The notes under the pieces were generated by a model. That model made no database searches. It worked only from the letters and a program-made list of their open reading frames with translations, and had not been told where the DNA came from. 64,000 nucleotides of DNA from Cyanidioschyzon merolae (lineage: Eukaryota). The translations under genes and the position numbers were made by a program. The stretch lies in assembly GCA_000091205.1 (NCBI GenBank), contig AP006497.2. One strand, given 5' to 3'. Shown here piece by piece: positions 38,238 through 48,447 of the stretch; position 1 is the stretch's first letter; every line of letters starts with the position of its first letter.

Positions 38238-41042
38238 TCAGTGCACTGACCACAGATCAGACGCTCGTGCGGCGCACTTGCGCAGTGCTGGAGCCAGCTC
38301 CACTCGCCCGCGGTGCTTCAGCATCAATGAGGCAGCGGCACGGGCATCCAAAATCTCGCTGAGTGCATCGTACGCAACCTTCGCAACGGACGAGATGCCT
38401 AAACCGGGTCGTTTGAAGATTGCAGGCAGACTCTCCAGGGCTTGGGTGAGGAAGGGTTCGTCTGCCAGGGCCGACACCGTCGCAAACGCGAGGACGCACT
38501 CGCGGCGAACATCCAGCAATGTGCTGTTCAGGGCCGCCTCCCATAGGCCGCGCAGCAACTTGCTCATTGAAACGGAGAAGAGACGTCTCTGGTCCTGGTC
38601 GTCAGGTCGATCTCGAGCGGCAATGAACAGCAACTCGACACCAAAGCGGCGACTGAAGGCCGCCGCAGCCAGCGCCAACCACGCCTCGGGGCTGCGCAGA
38701 CACCGCAGCAGCGAAGCGTGGACATCGCGTGCTGCTGACGGGGTCTCCATGCACAGAAGCCAACCGTTTCGTAACCAGCTTACAATCAGGGGACTGGATG
38801 CATATTTGGAAGCGAGTTGCTCACAAAATTGGATATGCAAACGGGCCAGCTGCGGTGAAGTTTTTGCATAGCCAAACGCGCCCTCGCGGAGAAAGAAGAT
38901 GGCATCACGAGGCGCACACGATAACAGAAACGGCTGCAGGTGCTCCGCCAGTTCGGAATACCGGTACGGCCTCTCTTCCAACTGGCTCAACTGGCCAGTA
39001 TCTTCGATATGAAACATGTAAATAAACGCAATTGCAGCAGCAACGCGTACAGCTGCTGAACGATCGCCATTCATAGCGATTACGATGCGTTCTCGCAGCG
39101 CTCCGTACACGGGTCGTTCGCGAATCCATTCCATGGCTGCTGGGGTTGCGTTCGCCACCGAGCGGAGAACTTGGAGCCACAGCGTGAGCGCTGCGAGTCG
39201 TCGAACAGATTCAGCGCTCGCCAGAGCGTAGAGCGCCCGTCGCATGGCCGTGTCTGCGAGCGGGCGTCGAGCCTTGTGCGCATTGTCGCCGTTGGGCTGT
39301 GACCTGCGCTGCAGCTGCGCAGAGCCGCTGTCAGAGGGTGCTTCGGTTGTGTGTTCGGCATCCGAGCGCTCGTCCTGTCCGCCCGAGAGAAGATCGTCCA
39401 GCTCGAGTAGGACGTTCGATGATGCTGTATCGCGCGTAGGATCGGCGGAAGCCGCCTCGTCTACTTGGCGTTGCGTAGACAGTAGTGCTGCCTCGTTGGT
39501 AAACGGCCAAGAGGGATCGTTAGCCTCCAGGAACATCCATTTCTCCCAGGGTAACGATCGGGAAAGCATGGCGAGCATTTCCAAAATGCTACGATTACCG
39601 GTGGAGTAGTCACAGAGCTCCTGAACATACGTGAGAATCTCCTTGTCACTGAATTCTTCCGACTCGATATGATCGCCTGTATCGACACTCAGTGACTTGT
39701 TTCGTGCCATTTCAGCTTTGACTCGCGCTGCCAGGAGACGGCGATTCGTCATGGCCATTCGCTCTGACGACAGTTCCTGGGCGGTAGACAGCATGCTGAG
39801 GCGCATTTGCGCCAGCGAGATGTACTGTGCCCCCGAACGCTTCACGTCTGTCGTATTCAACTGATGAATATGAACCAAGCATTGTAGAATCTTCACTAAG
39901 TAGACCTGGGTGGCCGGATCCGCAGCCAGCCTCGCCAGCAACACTCGATTACAGAATGCTCGACGGATCAGACCGCGCATTCGAGTTGGCAGGTTGAACT
40001 CCCCGCTGGTCCGCCGACAAAGCTGGGTATATTGCAACACCAGAGCCACACCATGACGACGCACTGCCGCTGAGCGCGCATTCCAGGCTAGTTCAATAAA
40101 ATGTACGGGAATGGGGTAGGGTTTCTGGGCTAGTTTTTCCAGTCTAAGTGCCTGGAGCTCGCGCCAGCCTAGCAGCAGCGCTTCCAGGAACGCGTCGCTT
40201 TCCCGCGGCGACGAATGCAACTTCAGCGGTCCAGCGGTGGCGGCAGCATCGTCAGTTGCGGTACCACTGGTGTACAGCGCATTCGAGCGTGGACGGAAAT
40301 CAGCTGTCCAACCGCTGTCTGCGAGGGAGCAACGACCCAGTTGGACCTCTTCATCTGTTTCCCAGACGTTCACCAATGCGCTGCATGATGCTATATCCAA
40401 GTCAAGTGTGACAGAGGCTTGCTCAAGTTCTGAGTAGGGAGCCCCGACTACGCTACATGAACCGCGTAGCAAAAGAGTCGCCAGCTGATCAACGATACCC
40501 GATGAAGGCAACGCCACCGCCAGCGCAACGGCAGTCTGCAGTGCACCAACCTCTCTTGCGTGGTGCCGTTTCTCGAACTGCAGAGACCACTTGCGAAAAG
40601 CTTCGGCGATCTCAGAGGTGTGCTGAGAGAGCTGCGTGGCGAGTTCGTTCTCATCGTTGCTTCCAGTGGTCACGACGGCCACAGCTCGAGCGCAACGGCG
40701 TATAAGCAGACGCGCCGCCCCGGCGACCCGCGAGCCATAACCTCCAAAAGTGAGTTGGAGTAGCTGTGGGAAAAGATCGAGGGGTGACTCATCAGTTACA
40801 AGAAGTAAGCGTAGTGCTGCCAGGAGCCGACTTTCGCTGCGAAGCGCCTTGTCGTTCTGCAGCTCCTCTTGGAGGGCGATTCGGCCGATTGTTCGGTACG
40901 AGTCCTCCGAGCGTTTAACACTCTCAGAAACTGCTGTGGTTACCCTTGACTCGCAAACCCTACCGACTCCGTATTTTTCTATACACTGAACGAGGTACTG
41001 TCCTGGGAAAAACCACATGAAACTACACGTGTGCGAAGCCAC
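38238..41042 (-). CDS. Large alpha-helical (HEAT/ARM-like) protein of unknown family
   Basis: The 934-aa ORF is uninterrupted and Leu/Ala-rich throughout, with an acidic/Ser-rich disordered insert near residue 480. I recognise no catalytic motifs. The overlapping + strand ORF 38188-38871 is judged an antisense artefact. Confidence 0.55.
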   Translation of the reverse strand: MASHTCSFMWFFPGQYLVQCIEKYGVGRVCESRVTTAVSESVKRSEDSYRTIGRIALQEELQNDKALRSESRLLAALRLLLVTDESPLDLFPQLLQLTFGGYGSRVAGAARLLIRRCARAVAVVTTGSNDENELATQLSQHTSEIAEAFRKWSLQFEKRHHAREVGALQTAVALAVALPSSGIVDQLATLLLRGSCSVVGAPYSELEQASVTLDLDIASCSALVNVWETDEEVQLGRCSLADSGWTADFRPRSNALYTSGTATDDAAATAGPLKLHSSPRESDAFLEALLLGWRELQALRLEKLAQKPYPIPVHFIELAWNARSAAVRRHGVALVLQYTQLCRRTSGEFNLPTRMRGLIRRAFCNRVLLARLAADPATQVYLVKILQCLVHIHQLNTTDVKRSGAQYISLAQMRLSMLSTAQELSSERMAMTNRRLLAARVKAEMARNKSLSVDTGDHIESEEFSDKEILTYVQELCDYSTGNRSILEMLAMLSRSLPWEKWMFLEANDPSWPFTNEAALLSTQRQVDEAASADPTRDTASSNVLLELDDLLSGGQDERSDAEHTTEAPSDSGSAQLQRRSQPNGDNAHKARRPLADTAMRRALYALASAESVRRLAALTLWLQVLRSVANATPAAMEWIRERPVYGALRERIVIAMNGDRSAAVRVAAAIAFIYMFHIEDTGQLSQLEERPYRYSELAEHLQPFLLSCAPRDAIFFLREGAFGYAKTSPQLARLHIQFCEQLASKYASSPLIVSWLRNGWLLCMETPSAARDVHASLLRCLRSPEAWLALAAAAFSRRFGVELLFIAARDRPDDQDQRRLFSVSMSKLLRGLWEAALNSTLLDVRRECVLAFATVSALADEPFLTQALESLPAIFKRPGLGISSVAKVAYDALSEILDARAAASLMLKHRGRVELAPALRKCAARASDLWSVH

Positions 41043-43089
41043 TCGGATGACGAGAAACGAAGCGCATTCGTTGAGTGAGTCAGTGCGGCCTGTCTGGACA
41101 GGTTATACCACGAGTCCAGAAATGGGAGGATTCGGACTACCACATAGGCACAACTTCATAACGTCGGATTCGCTTTCAACTCGGGGGTGACATTCTCCGC
41201 AGCAACGAAAAGGTCTTTTGAATCTTCGAGTTTATCTACCAGATTAGCTGTGGGAGGTGTGTTTTATCGGACTGAGAAAAAAATTGACTCTGGTGGGATC
41301 AGTTTAACATAACCTCTGGCGTGCTGGACCAGTGTGCTGCGGGACGCTTGCGGGGAGAGAAAGGACGACGAGCAGACACAAGTGACCGCAGGCAACGTTG
41401 GCTTTGTCAAGATGAGGCTGAACGCTCTTCTCCAAGAAAGCTGCCGCGAACGGATATAGTCCTCGGTCCCAATTATTAAGCCAGCCGTGGCAACTGGTTC
41501 GAAGGGGAAGCATATGCCCTCGAGAACTTACACATTCTGACGATTTTCTCCAGCGACACCTGACCCAGCTCAACATATTGCTCATTTCGCTTCTTACAGA
41601 TAACGAACAGATATAGGTGCAAGATGGTCAAAAAATGGACGGGCGGAGAGGCCACAAACGCGCTCCCGCTCCTCGATGGGAACTTTTTCGCTCTTGCATG
41701 ATTGCTTGTATCGAGAGAAGCATGTACAACTTCGAGAGAACCATCGGCTCGAGTGTCACTTCGATCGTCTCTGACCCAGACGCACGGGAGGACAACCCGA
41801 AAGGGAAGAACAGTGAGCGTGCGCGACAGTGGATTTCCTCGGAATGACTCAAACGCTTGCGGAGCTTAGCCATCAAGGTGGCGACAACAGAAACGAATCA
41901 CATGCAGATGAACGTCGAGTCAAACGTCGCCCATTACTGAAAGCCCAAGCACGGAAACAAAATCAAGGAAGACGCTAGAAAGAGAGGGAGGGAAACATTG
42001 TCTGTGTTGTCACCATTCGATCGTTCGTATGCCTCGACGCGTCACCCGCCTCCCGAATGATCGAGAAATGAAAACGAACGTGACACTGGCGGCTGCGATC
42101 ACGGAAGACGTGATGAGATGCATTCGCGAAGGCTTGTTTGTGAAGCACTCGTTCATGATGCGAGGGGTCCTTTTATCTGGCCAGCAAATAGTTGAAAGAG
42201 TGTGTGAACGTTTCGAATACCTGACGGGAGTAGGACGCAGCACGCAGAACAAGTGAACGTCACCCAAAGACGTTCGCTCTCCTGTCTACGGAGCGTGGCT
42301 TCACTATAGGTTACGTTGCTTTCAGTTACTTGAACATCGTGGGCGTGCTGCGATGTCGTGGCATCGAGAAAATGAGAGGAAACGAAAGGAAATCCTGTGA
42401 GGAAATAAAGAGGACGGTTTACCAGGAAAACCTCAATATCAAGAGTGCCGAAACGAAAAACAGTCCATTCGATTTCCGGATACTCGGACATGGGCACGGT
42501 GTCAGCCATGCACTGATAGCATCGCCGAATATTTCGGGGCGAAGGGGAAACGATGGAAGCCTGCCGCCTCAGCATGATAATCAGAGCCTCGTGGGCATCG
42601 ATCCGGGTTTTCCAGACCTGGTTTTTTGTGCACCCGAGTCCAGGGTCAGAATAGCGTCATTATAGCAACAGAACAAACGCCCACGAGGCGAGGTTCGTCT
42701 ACAGCGCAACCAAGAGACAAAAAATACAACTTACAGCCGGAGGGTGTGACTGCTCGTCTCATCTTTTGCGGAACGATGCATTCTACTGACAATACTTATC
42801 TGCGTAGGTAACTGAGCGTTCTCCTTGAATGACTGGAAAACAGAGCTGGTTCTCGATACCAGCGCTAGCGGTTCCTCCGTCACGTGTTTGAACACTAAAC
42901 AGTCCAGGGGATCTGCGACCCGCCTCTGGTGCGGTGTGGCAAAGAGGCAATCCTCGTGTTCCGGAACTGGGATGCCGAGGTCAAGCATCCGATCTCCCGT
43001 CGGGCGTGCGGCGCATTCGAAGCGACCAAACAGAAGTTTCGGGAAATACCGGATTTTTTTCATTGACAAAACGTTTACTTGGGCCAGCG

Positions 43090-43146
43090 TACTCCGATTA
43101 TGCGCTTTTTTCTTTTCTTTCTTTTTTTGTGCTTTTTTTTTTCTGT
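43090..43146 (+). repeat. Poly-pyrimidine (T/CT-rich) tract
   Basis: Direct reading: 'tgcgcttttttcttttctttctttttttgtgctttttttttctgtgcg', within a 4.3-kb AT-richer gene-poor interval. Confidence 0.85.
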
Positions 43147-45384
43147 GCGCGTTGAGGGAAATGCCGGATGTGCGCATGGTGGACATCGATGAATGCCGGA
43201 CGTCGATTAAGTATTCTTGTCACGCAAGTCGCCTCACGAATTTGAAAGGGATGATGACGAGAGCTATCAAAAACAAAGAAACGAAATCAAAAGAAAGGAG
43301 GTCGTATATTTCTCGGATCCGCAAAGTGCTGCCCTGCAAGCGTGTACGAGGCAGGGGCGAGAGGTAATTCTCCCAGCCGAGGCACCACATGGAACCGTGA
43401 CGACAACGGATGCCACAGCATTCCGCAGCTGCTACAGATCAGAGTGAGTAGCGTTTAACAACCTGCACCGTTGCAGCGCTCGACAGAAAATGAAAATCAT
43501 AGCCCAGAGGCCAAAAAGACTTGGCAATCTTACAGACCAAATGTCTCGAGGCGAGAGAAAGGTTACGGTACCCCGAGTCTCGTATGTGACGAGCATTTTA
43601 CACTGATACAGGCATGCAGGAGAGCGTGCGATGCAAAGACTGTCCTACAATGTTGGAGCATGCTCGTACACTATCATAGAAGCAAGCAAGCAAGAACGCG
43701 CGCGCACACGCACACCTTCGTATTCATACATGAATGTGCGCAAGCACTTGTATAGAGGCAAGTATTTTTTCATGGCTTCATATCGATGGATCTGTGTAGA
43801 TTCCGCTGGGTACTCGCCGAGTGCCGGTCATCAAACAAGAGACTGACGGGACCGTAGCGACCGCACGCAAGAATCCGAAGGGCAATGCAGTGAACATCCC
43901 CAGTTCAAGGCACCGAGTCCACATGGCGGCATCGATCCGGGGATACGCACCAGGTTGCGACTCGTCTCCAAATCGTTGATCTGGTCGGTTATTCGAGATC
44001 TCGGGTGCGCTTGTAATGCATTTTCGATATGGGCAAATGACCGACGCAGAGCTTTTCTGGTCGTCCAAGTCGAACGACAGCGAACATGTTATAGCCGGGC
44101 GTCCATGGAACGAGAAGGCGCCTACGACATCCGCATCCTATCGCGTTCGTTCAACCGAGTTTATGGTACGCAGGAGAAGACCGCCGCAGCAACGTACAAT
44201 GCGCTGTCGTTGGTTCTCAGTTTCAGTGCGCGCTTCACGGGTATTTGCAGGCGTTGTCGTGTCCGGCGCGTTGACCAGAACCTGCCTCTCTTCCAAAACT
44301 TGGACCTGTGGACTTGGTTACCTCCGGAGACACCGAACCTGCCAAGTTTTCCGGATTACCGTTGATCCGTCTGGAAAGCGCTCATTCGCTGAAAGCTGCT
44401 TGTGCCGAGAAAGCAGCACGCATCGCCAGCAGGTTCACGGACTAGCACTAGAACACGCGAGTGCAAGGCCTCATCTCCGGAGCAGTTCTATGTATCATGT
44501 TCGTACTCGATCTCCTTTCCTGATACATTGTAAACGAGCTGCTAAGAGCGCTCTTCAGAACTGCTCGGGTTCGCAGGCGCTGACCAGAAGTCGCATTCGA
44601 TAGAGGCATCTTCCAAGCCGTCGACATTCCAGGAGCCGCCATGTGGTCCATAGCGTAAACGCGTGGGATTCGGCAGACTCGATGGCCACAGGTATTCGCC
44701 CGAGTCGAGTCCAATGCATGCCAAGCTGGATTCAGAGCAGTTGGGACTTTGATATCTCGCCTAGTTGCTAGTCGTATATTGGCTCAAGAATGTTTTCCAG
44801 GAACTGATGGGCGTCTGCACACGTTGCCAAACTCATGATCTGAACGCCGTTATTGCTCAAGCCTGACGCACATTGCCGCGTCGAGCCCATTTCGCCGGAA
44901 TCTTCATATCCAGATGCTCTACGAGCCCGTGCCCGCACATGTTCTTGGGGCGCACAAGCCATGTCGGCATAGTGCACTCCCGTTTGCCCTGGGTTCAATA
45001 AAAATCCCACAACGCCAGCATGCAGCACTGAGCTTACCGAAATCACCCGCAGTAGCTGACTCGTACAAAGAAGACTGCTGGTCGGCCCCGTTGCCGAAGC
45101 GAATACGTGGTTCAAAGCTGCTTGCAGAGTCGGCACTGTCGAGGATGGCTCCGTCAGGGCTTCAAGTACCAAAGCATCCTTGCAGACATAAATCCGCTGG
45201 GCAAACACGACTTCGAATAAGGTTCATACAAACCCCGCCCGCTACGTCCACGCACAATCGTTCTCGAGAGATAACGCTCGATGCGAACGCACCCTTCTTC
45301 GTCAAGATCATGGAAATCACCTCGTGTGCAGTGTGTTGTTACACTTGCTCGCTGAGCCTCTTCCCATGTACTTGCTATCCAGTT

Positions 45385-46434
45385 TTACATGTGATGTCGC
45401 TCTTCAACTGGTGGCCGCGACCCTCCATGCGGAAAGCGGACCCCATGCAACTGCCGCCGATGATGACCATTGGGGTCAACTAGGTCAGCACAGAGTCGCT
45501 CGAGTAGCTGAGCGATCCCCGCCATGCTCGGTCGTGCGTCCGGCTGTTCTCGCCAGCACAGATGCATCAGTCGAGGGATACGCAGGTCCACGAAGCGGTG
45601 CGGTATCTGCGGACGCGCCCTCTGCAACGAAACCTTGAGCTGGATCTGTAGAGGGGTACACCCCGGGTACGGTTCGATCTGATGTGTCATCAATTGCCAC
45701 AGTACGATGCCGAAACCGTAAACATCGGCCTTTTCGCTGTAGGCCTCACATCGAATAACCTCAGGTGCACTGTACGCAATCGTTCCACATGGCGTCATCT
45801 TCTCACCGAGCGACGCCATCACCCGGCTGAGACCGAAATCAGAGAGCTTTAATACAAGACCATTATCCCGGTCGGCGAGAAGGAAATTGTCACTCTTCAC
45901 ATCGCGGTGGATGATTGGTGGTTTCTGGGCGTGTAGAAATGCAAGAGCACGTGCAGCGTCTCTCGCAAACGCCAGGTCTTGCTGCAGGTGCGGTTCCGCC
46001 TTCCGAATCCAGTTTGTGAGCGTTCCTCGGTTCAAGTACTCGCAGATGAAATATGGTGGAAGAACGGATACGTCAGAAACGCCCAGAAAACGGACAATAT
46101 TTGGATGGTGCAACGTCGAGAGCAGTCGCACTTCCTTCTGAAACTGCTTTAGCAGGTGCTCGCGTTCAGCCTTCGATTTACCAGAAACGTGGAGTACCTT
46201 AACCGCAACGATATGAACGTCTTGCCAGCGAGCTTTAAAGACCTCACCAAAGCTCCCCTTCCCGATCCTCGCCAAAACCTTGAGCTCGGCTGGCTTCACG
46301 ACGATGAGCGGAGGCGGGTGCCCAGCTGCGGGTTCAGTCGCAGTTTCCCGCCCTGTCTTCCAAAAGAACATATAATGGTGCGACAAAAACCAGAGACTAT
46401 CTGCAGTGTTTGCTAGGAAACAAAAAACAAGCAA
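45385..46434 (-). CDS. Ser/Thr (TKL-like, dual-specificity-type) protein kinase with an N-terminal hydrophobic segment
   Basis: The 349-aa ORF has 'IGKGSFGEVFKARW...VAVKVL' (Gly-loop and VAVK Lys), 'HRDVKSDNFLL' (catalytic loop), 'DFGLS' and 'YSAPEV'. The 'CWREQPDARPS' end is typical of TKL/Tyr-like kinases. The N-terminus 'MLVFCFLANTADSLWFLSHHYMFFW' is hydrophobic. Confidence 0.85.
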   Translation of the reverse strand: MLVFCFLANTADSLWFLSHHYMFFWKTGRETATEPAAGHPPPLIVVKPAELKVLARIGKGSFGEVFKARWQDVHIVAVKVLHVSGKSKAEREHLLKQFQKEVRLLSTLHHPNIVRFLGVSDVSVLPPYFICEYLNRGTLTNWIRKAEPHLQQDLAFARDAARALAFLHAQKPPIIHRDVKSDNFLLADRDNGLVLKLSDFGLSRVMASLGEKMTPCGTIAYSAPEVIRCEAYSEKADVYGFGIVLWQLMTHQIEPYPGCTPLQIQLKVSLQRARPQIPHRFVDLRIPRLMHLCWREQPDARPSMAGIAQLLERLCADLVDPNGHHRRQLHGVRFPHGGSRPPVEERHHM

Positions 46435-47208
46435 AGAAGCACAGAGCCGAACCAGAGCCCAAAAAGTCCAGCGCGAAAACGCGTTTTCCCTTGTATTCGT
46501 ACTGGATGCAGTGCGACTGTGGCATCGGCGCGTGGGCGTTTGAAAGCGCTCCGCTGGCGGCTTTGACTAGGGGCGCTCATGCTGCTCTGGCGTTGCCGTT
46601 TCGCCTACGGATATCTGAGGGTGTCATCGATGCCTCGATATACAGAGGCTCTCGCGGGCACCAACGCTGGTGCTGTCCGGAGCAGCCCGAGGTCTAGAAC
46701 AAGCGTTCCCCGTACCTATTCGTTCCGCAGCATTGTTTCGTTGTAGCGTATAGGTGCCGGTAAGCGGCACCTTGGGATTTTGTATGCGCGTTTTTATAAC
46801 GTAGGATCGATGAATCAAACGTACGTTCCACAGAAGAGCAAGCTGTCTACTCATTTCCATGGAAGAGGCACCATCTCATCTACGAAAGCTTGTGTACTAA
46901 ACCAGCTTCTGCAAAAAGAAAGTCCCGTCGGCACTTGCGATTTTATAGAGAGAGCGTGTAGACGTAGTGTCCAAAGCAGGGACTCTATATACAAGTGGAC
47001 GGCGTTTTGGACGCCTTCAACGATGCCGACATCCCTATGCCATAGAGCACACACACTTTTCAGAATGATGCATCGATCTCGCACGTTCACGGCGTATCGT
47101 CTCGGGTGACGGCAGTAAACACCGGTTCGTGTCCAGGTCGAATCGATCGCAGCTGCAATCAACGCAAGCGCAAGACTGTCTGTGAACGGCGCTTTGCCAG
47201 AATAGCGA

Positions 47209-47718
47209 GTGTTCAGGCCTATAACGAATACGAGTTATGAACGAATGGCAGCAAAACAGCCACCAGACGGTAATGGGCAGCGACCATCAACGTCCTCCGG
47301 CCGTGTCTGTTATCGCTGGAGTATAGTCTCGAGACCCGCAGAGAGTCAACTGGCCAAGCACGACCTGTGGTCGTCGCGAACACCAGAGGTGAGCTTCATG
47401 CCCGACGTGCCCGGTGAGTACGTTTTGTGCTTTAAACAGTTTTATCAGGGCAAAGTCTTTACGGATCAAGTGCGCATCTGGGTAGAGAAATCGAATCGAG
47501 TGGATCAAAAGCAGAAAGCGTCTGCGGCTGACGCAAACAGCTCGCCCAGAGAGACAACGGCCGTCGGATCAGGGACTCCAGAGGCAGCGAATCCGGCCTC
47601 TGCTGGAACCGACGACACTGGCGCTCTGATATCAGAGGGGCAGCAACAGCAGCACCAGCTCCCTCGTCCACCGGTCGACGCGGAGCTCTGTGTTCACATC
47701 AAACTCCCAAGTTCGTAG
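47209..47718 (+). CDS. Small ORF with a PKD/Ig-like beta-sandwich motif. Weak call.
   Basis: 'RVCYRWSIVSRPAESQLAKHDLWSSRTPEVSFMPDVPGEYVLCFKQFYQGKVFTDQVRIWV' follows the PKD-type pattern Y.W.....P..S.a......S..p.F.pD.pG.Y.f.l.v.......d.v.V.V. No signal peptide is seen. It lies in the intergenic space between the kinase and the TPS gene. Confidence 0.3.
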   Translation: MFRPITNTSYERMAAKQPPDGNGQRPSTSSGRVCYRWSIVSRPAESQLAKHDLWSSRTPEVSFMPDVPGEYVLCFKQFYQGKVFTDQVRIWVEKSNRVDQKQKASAADANSSPRETTAVGSGTPEAANPASAGTDDTGALISEGQQQQHQLPRPPVDAELCVHIKLPSS

Positions 47719-48447
47719 AGGCGCCGGACACTGAGGTCTATGCTGGATACTCGTTACCGGTTGCGAGCAAGGAAAAACAAATCGACCTGCACGCCCCGGA
47801 AGACGCAGGCGAAGCAACAACGGTTGTTGGCATCGCCTTTCAGAAGCACTTTAAAGGCGACTGGGAAGCATGTCGCATACGCTGGCGGTCACGATTATCC
47901 ATGGGATAGGAAACAGCGCCCGGGGTTCGGTTGCGGACGGTGCCCATTAGGGCTCCGAGGGATCACGGAGCGGTTCGGGCTTCATATTCAGCGCAAATAC
48001 AACAAGCACATCGCTAACGATGAACCAGAAGCATACGCGATGCCTTGCCATCGCCACCCATTGATCCGAACGACGATGCGGTGCTGGAGGGGTCGGCTCG
48101 TCCGCTAGAGCGACGACTTTGCCGTCGTTCCCGATCATGCTACCGCATGCGTACTAGATGCATGGGTATATCAAGTCGGTTGCCAACCCGCGTCCTTTAC
48201 GATGAAAGAGGCGTCTGCTTGCGTTTCCACATGCACCCACGCACACCTTCCGGGACGTTCAAGCAGCGTACAGGTGCCACAGGATACTTGTCATGATCTG
48301 TGTGCACCCGGCGATCGGTGCAGGTGCCGGCTTTTCGCTCCCAGCAAGCTCGATGTGATTCCGAAACGATTCCCCTGTATCAGTCGCTTTCCTGGACGGC
48401 GATCAGATGTGTTCAAGATGATTGGCGCTCGCCTTCCGGGAACATGC

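Noticed and set aside
38188-38871. A 227-aa + strand ORF opposite the 3' end of the alpha-solenoid gene
   Set aside because: It is completely overlapped by the 934-aa minus-strand ORF. Its composition is Arg/Ser/Ala-rich low complexity, which fits an antisense artefact.
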